A DNA stretch of 64,000 bases from positions 1-64,000 of the forward strand of contig CAVUPH010000010.1 of assembly GCA_963743305.1 (NCBI GenBank), written 5' to 3'. Under the pieces are notes generated by a model. It saw nothing but the letters and a program-made list of their open reading frames with translations. It was not told where the DNA came from and searched no databases. This DNA comes from an uncultured delta proteobacterium. Its GTDB lineage: Bacteria > Desulfobacterota > RBG-13-43-22. Position numbers and translations under genes: made by a program. Positions 60,515 to 64,000 of this stretch are shown piece after piece. Positions within the stretch are counted from its first letter, which is position 1. Each line of letters opens with the position of its first letter.

Positions 60515-61256
60515 AGACACGGAAAGTCGCTCCGAAGAGCAAGCTATCCCCCTCGAAGCAAGCGACAGCCTTACCACTCGAGGACGCCTTTGCGGAAGTC
60601 GTCGGTCTCATCCGGGAGGCCCGTACACGAGCCTATCAGGCGGTCAATACGGAACTCGTCGGTTTGTACTGGCAGGTGGGCAAATACATCAGCAAAAAGC
60701 TCGAAACCGCCGAATGGGGCGAAGGCGTTGTTGACCAACTGGCGGGGCATCTGGCGCAGACACTGCCCGGACTGCGCGGCTTCACCCGCCGGAACCTTTT
60801 TCGAATGCGCCAGTTCTACGAAGCCTATCGTAGAAATGAAATAGTGACACCACTGGTGACACAATTACCATGGACCCATAACCTCATTATCCTTTCCCAA
60901 TCTAAGCGGCCGGAAGAAAGGGAGTTTTACCTGCGCATGGCTATTCGGGAGCGCTGGGGTAAACGAGAACTGGAAAAGCAATTTCGTCAGGCCCTTTTTG
61001 AACGCGCCGTTTTGCATCCGCCAAAAGTGTCACCAGCGGTGAGACAAATACACGGCGATGCTGCGGATAGCCTGTTGAAGGATTCCTATTTTTTTGAATT
61101 TCTGGACTTGCCGGTGCCCCATGCCGAAGACGATCTTCAACGCGGTCTCCTGGCACAGCTTAAGGAATTTCTTATTGAGCTTGGCCGCGACTTCTGTTTT
61201 GTCGGATCGGAATATCCTGTCCAGGTCGGCGGCCGGGACTTCGCCCTCGATCTGCT
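60511..61256 (+). pseudogene. YhcG/DUF1016 PD-(D/E)XK nuclease, truncated
   Basis: YWQVG..WGEGVV, LPWTH, KDSY, ELGRDFCFVG...DLL, then homology breaks. Confidence 0.85.
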
Positions 61257-61259
61257 CCG

Positions 61260-61660
61260 GGAATTCGCGCTGGCGGCGATTAACCGAAATTCGGGCCGGC
61301 ACGGCCAAGTCGGTTTTTCACTTCGATGCCCCGGGTTCGGTGGCCAAGTCCACCCATGCCGGTTTGCCGTGGTTACGTTACTTGCGTCTGAATTTAGGCA
61401 CTCGAGTTCATTTTTGGCCATTCGACGGCTGGGATATACCGCCCGGACGATCAGTGGTGGCGGAGGTCTATCCTGTCCTTTGGAGCCGAGGCTTCGCCCG
61501 CGAAGGCCGCACTGTCGACCAGCATGTTGCCTTTTCTACCGCCGAATGGCTGCGCCGCGCCGATCTCAACGGCTCCCTGGCGGATTACTTCAAACCAGAC
61601 CTCATACCACCCGAGCGCCAGGTTGCCCAGATAGAGGGCTGGATTTTGGGGATCAAATGA
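61260..61660 (+). pseudogene. C-terminal fragment of an unrelated hypothetical protein fused after yhcG
   Basis: HFWPFDGW...VAEVYP...EGWILG with no start codon. Confidence 0.5.
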
Positions 61661-61680
61661 AGTCTAATTGACCCCCGACC

Positions 61681-62506
61681 CTATTTCCAGGTCACCCGAG
61701 GCGGATTGCGGACCGGGATACGCGGGTACTGGAATTTCAGGATAGCCGACCATCACGGCCCCAAAGGCAAGATGATCCTTGGGTAGGCCCAGGGCCTCAA
61801 ACAGGGGAGGGTAGGCATTTACCGTCTTGTACATATAGCCGCCCCAGCAGACCCCCAACCCGAGGCTCGTGGCGTACAGGTCGAGCAGGCTCAAGGCCAG
61901 GGCGGTATCCTCGGGACCGAAAAGCCAGTTTCGGTCGGCATGACAGATGATGAGATGGGGTGCCTCCCGGCAGACCCGATCCAATCCCGTGTCCCAGGCG
62001 GCGACCACCCGGTGATAGCCCAGCGCTTTTCCGGCCTCCGGGTTTGAATCCAGGACCGCCCGCATGGCCTTCACGACCAAGCCGGCCAACCGCCGGACTT
62101 CTTGGGGCTCCTGGACCACAATCCAGTGCCAGGGTTGCTGATTTTTGGCTGACGGAGCGGAACAGGCTATCTCCAAAAGTTTTTCCAGGGTCTCCCGAGG
62201 GACCCTCTTCTCCTTAAAGGTCCGGATCGAGCGCCGGGCCTGTAGAAACTGCTCGGCCTGTTCGGGGGTCACAGTCCGGTCCTTCTCCAGTGTTCGGCAA
62301 TTTTCCGGATCCAGCCAGTCAAGACGCAAGGCCCCCACGGGGCAAACGGCCACACAGTGTCCGCATCTGATGCAATACTCCTCAAAATCCGAAGTGGGAA
62401 GGGGATAGCCCTCCTTTTCATCCATCTGAATGATGCGGGCTGGACACTCGCTGATACAAATACCGTCCTGATTGCATTTCTCGCGGTCTATGGTGATACG
62501 GTTCAT
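61681..62506 (-). CDS. Nitroreductase with N-terminal 2x[4Fe-4S] ferredoxin, +1 frameshift near 61738
   Basis: CNQDGICISECP, CIRCGHCVAVCP, RRSIR, APSAKNQQ; corrected tail YPKFQYPRIPVRNPPRVTWK*. Confidence 0.88.
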
Positions 62507-62677
62507 CGGTTCCTCCTTTTTTAAACGGCAGCGATTCAATTATGATGAAGTGATTTCAAAAGGTCAAAGATATAATCCGAAAAATCGGCGGCTGCCCGGT
62601 TTTGCCGACCGTCTCGCGATACCTGATAGCAAATTGTGAGTTGAAGTTTTTCCTTTTTCAAATTAGTATTGATCCCT

Positions 62678-63370
62678 ATGGATTCGGAATCGTACGAAAA
62701 ATCCATTGAGGCCTTGACCCTGATCAGTAAGGCCATTACCTCGGATCAATACCTGGAAGATATTCTGCGTTTGATCGTTATCGTCACGGCCCAGGTGATG
62801 GGGACCAAGGTCTGCTCCCTCTGGCTGCTGGACGATAAAACCAACGCCCTGACCATTCGCGCCACCCAGAGCCTGAGTAGCGACTACCTGAAAGAGCGGT
62901 CCCTCAAGGTAGGTGAAGGGGTGGTCGGAACAGTGGCGTTACAAAACAGACCGTACATGGCTCTGAATGTCTTGGAAGACCCGTTTTTCAAGGAAAAAGA
63001 TCTGGCCCGGAAAATGGGGCTGGTCTCCATCTTGAGCGTGCCCATGAGCCTCCGGGACCGGGTGGTCGGGGTCATCAATTGCTACACCTCCGAGCAGCAT
63101 GCCTTCACCGAAACCGAACAGAACATCTTTACCACCGTGGCCAACCAGGCTGCCGTGGCGATCGTCAACACCGAACTCATGGTCAAAACCAAGGTTATCC
63201 AGGAAGAGCTGGAAACCCGCAAGCTGGTCGAACGGGCCAAGGAAGTCCTGCTTCGCCGCCGGAATCTTTCGGGTGACCAGGCCTTTCGCTGGATACAAAA
63301 AAGGAGCATGGATTCCCGTAAATCCATGCGGGAAATCGCCGAAGCCGTTCTGCTCTCCGAAGAAATTTAA
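62678..63370 (+). CDS. GAF-ANTAR antitermination regulator
   Basis: GAF (GEGVVG, LSVPM) plus ANTAR LETRKLVERAK...AFRWIQKRSMDSRKSMREIAE. Confidence 0.92.
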   Translation: MDSESYEKSIEALTLISKAITSDQYLEDILRLIVIVTAQVMGTKVCSLWLLDDKTNALTIRATQSLSSDYLKERSLKVGEGVVGTVALQNRPYMALNVLEDPFFKEKDLARKMGLVSILSVPMSLRDRVVGVINCYTSEQHAFTETEQNIFTTVANQAAVAIVNTELMVKTKVIQEELETRKLVERAKEVLLRRRNLSGDQAFRWIQKRSMDSRKSMREIAEAVLLSEEI

Positions 63371-63660
63371 CCCCTCTGGTTTCTTTTTCCACGGGCCCCT
63401 AAGAGAGCGATTATTGAATCCCGGCCGAGTCTTCCAGCGGTGCGGGAAAATCCGGAGGGGCAAGGATCGTTATCCGGTTGACCTTTTTTTAATGTTCCCT
63501 TAACATGCAACTATCTGCCGGTATCCTTTAGCGCGATGTCCACCCTGATCGGTCTATTACCAACTCGGGGGAAGAGGTGTGGTCCAGCCCGGCTTTGGGT
63601 GAAACGTACTTCGTTTGATCGCTTACCTCCCCCCAGGTTAAAGAAGGGTTTGTTTTTTCT

Positions 63661-64000
63661 ATGGTCTTTAAGTTTTTTCTGCCCTTAGCGCTGATCATTT
63701 TTGGGCTGGGGCTGATTTACAAAATCTACTTCTGGTTCACCCGGGGCCTGGTTCAGACTTCAAGGGGTATTACCACCCCGCAAAGGGTCAAAGCCGCTTT
63801 TCAGGGAGTTTTTAAAACAATCTTCAGCCTTCAAGCAGGCACCCTGGTCAAGGCCCTGGTCCTAGATGTGTTTCTTCAAAGGAGGACCTTTAAGGAAGAT
63901 CGCCTGCGCTGGGCCATGCATCTCTCCATCTACTGGGGGTTTATGGTCCTGCTCCTGATGCATGCCTTGGGGAGCCTGATCACGGCCCCTCTTTTCCCTT
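63661..64000 (+). CDS. 5' part of a second NarI/HdrE-like membrane Fe-S protein (paralog of 36583-38286); runs off the window
   Basis: MVFKFFLPLALIIFGLGLIYKIYFWF...DVFLQ...RWAMHL...HAL aligns by eye with the N-terminus at 38286. Confidence 0.75.
   Translation, partial: MVFKFFLPLALIIFGLGLIYKIYFWFTRGLVQTSRGITTPQRVKAAFQGVFKTIFSLQAGTLVKALVLDVFLQRRTFKEDRLRWAMHLSIYWGFMVLLLMHALGSLITAPLFP

Noticed and set aside
32230-61745. Programmed frameshifting or true pseudogenisation at ~32237, ~57517, ~58675 and ~61738
   Set aside because: All four are single-base +1 insertions in otherwise intact genes, with no consistent slippery site or stimulatory structure; sequencing or assembly error is more likely, and reads would decide

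Overview
The window looks like Desulfobacterota (deltaproteobacterial) chromosome from a strict anaerobe, with two large metabolic loci. (1) 0.7-17.9 kb: a LysR-controlled anaerobic aromatic-activation cluster. It encodes phenylphosphate-synthase-like alpha/beta subunits, a single PpcB-type UbiD carboxylase, an aryl-CoA ligase, UbiX, an LpdD-like prFMN chaperone, an HD phosphohydrolase, a ThiS/MoaD protein and a 4-hydroxybenzoyl-CoA-reductase-like Mo enzyme. It also carries two UPF0261/Tm-1-like ATP-binding proteins, lacks PpsC/PpcA/PpcC/PpcD, and contains a ~300-nt long inverted-repeat element. (2) 35.7-57.8 kb: a redox locus with two candidate sigma54 promoters. It holds a membrane heme-c/HdrC fusion plus HdrB, heme- and Cys-rich sensors, and an operon hdrC-hdrB-hdrA(L)-mvhD(Sec)-metV-metF followed by qmoA/qmoB-like genes. 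Around these are a decayed accessory zone (18-24 kb: MntA/HepT toxin-antitoxin, many gene fragments), envelope genes, LemA/TPM, uppP, a broken type I RM/YhcG remnant, a GAF-ANTAR gene and several REP/MITE-like palindromes. Four +1 frameshifts are probably sequencing errors. All family calls come from motif recognition, not database searches.
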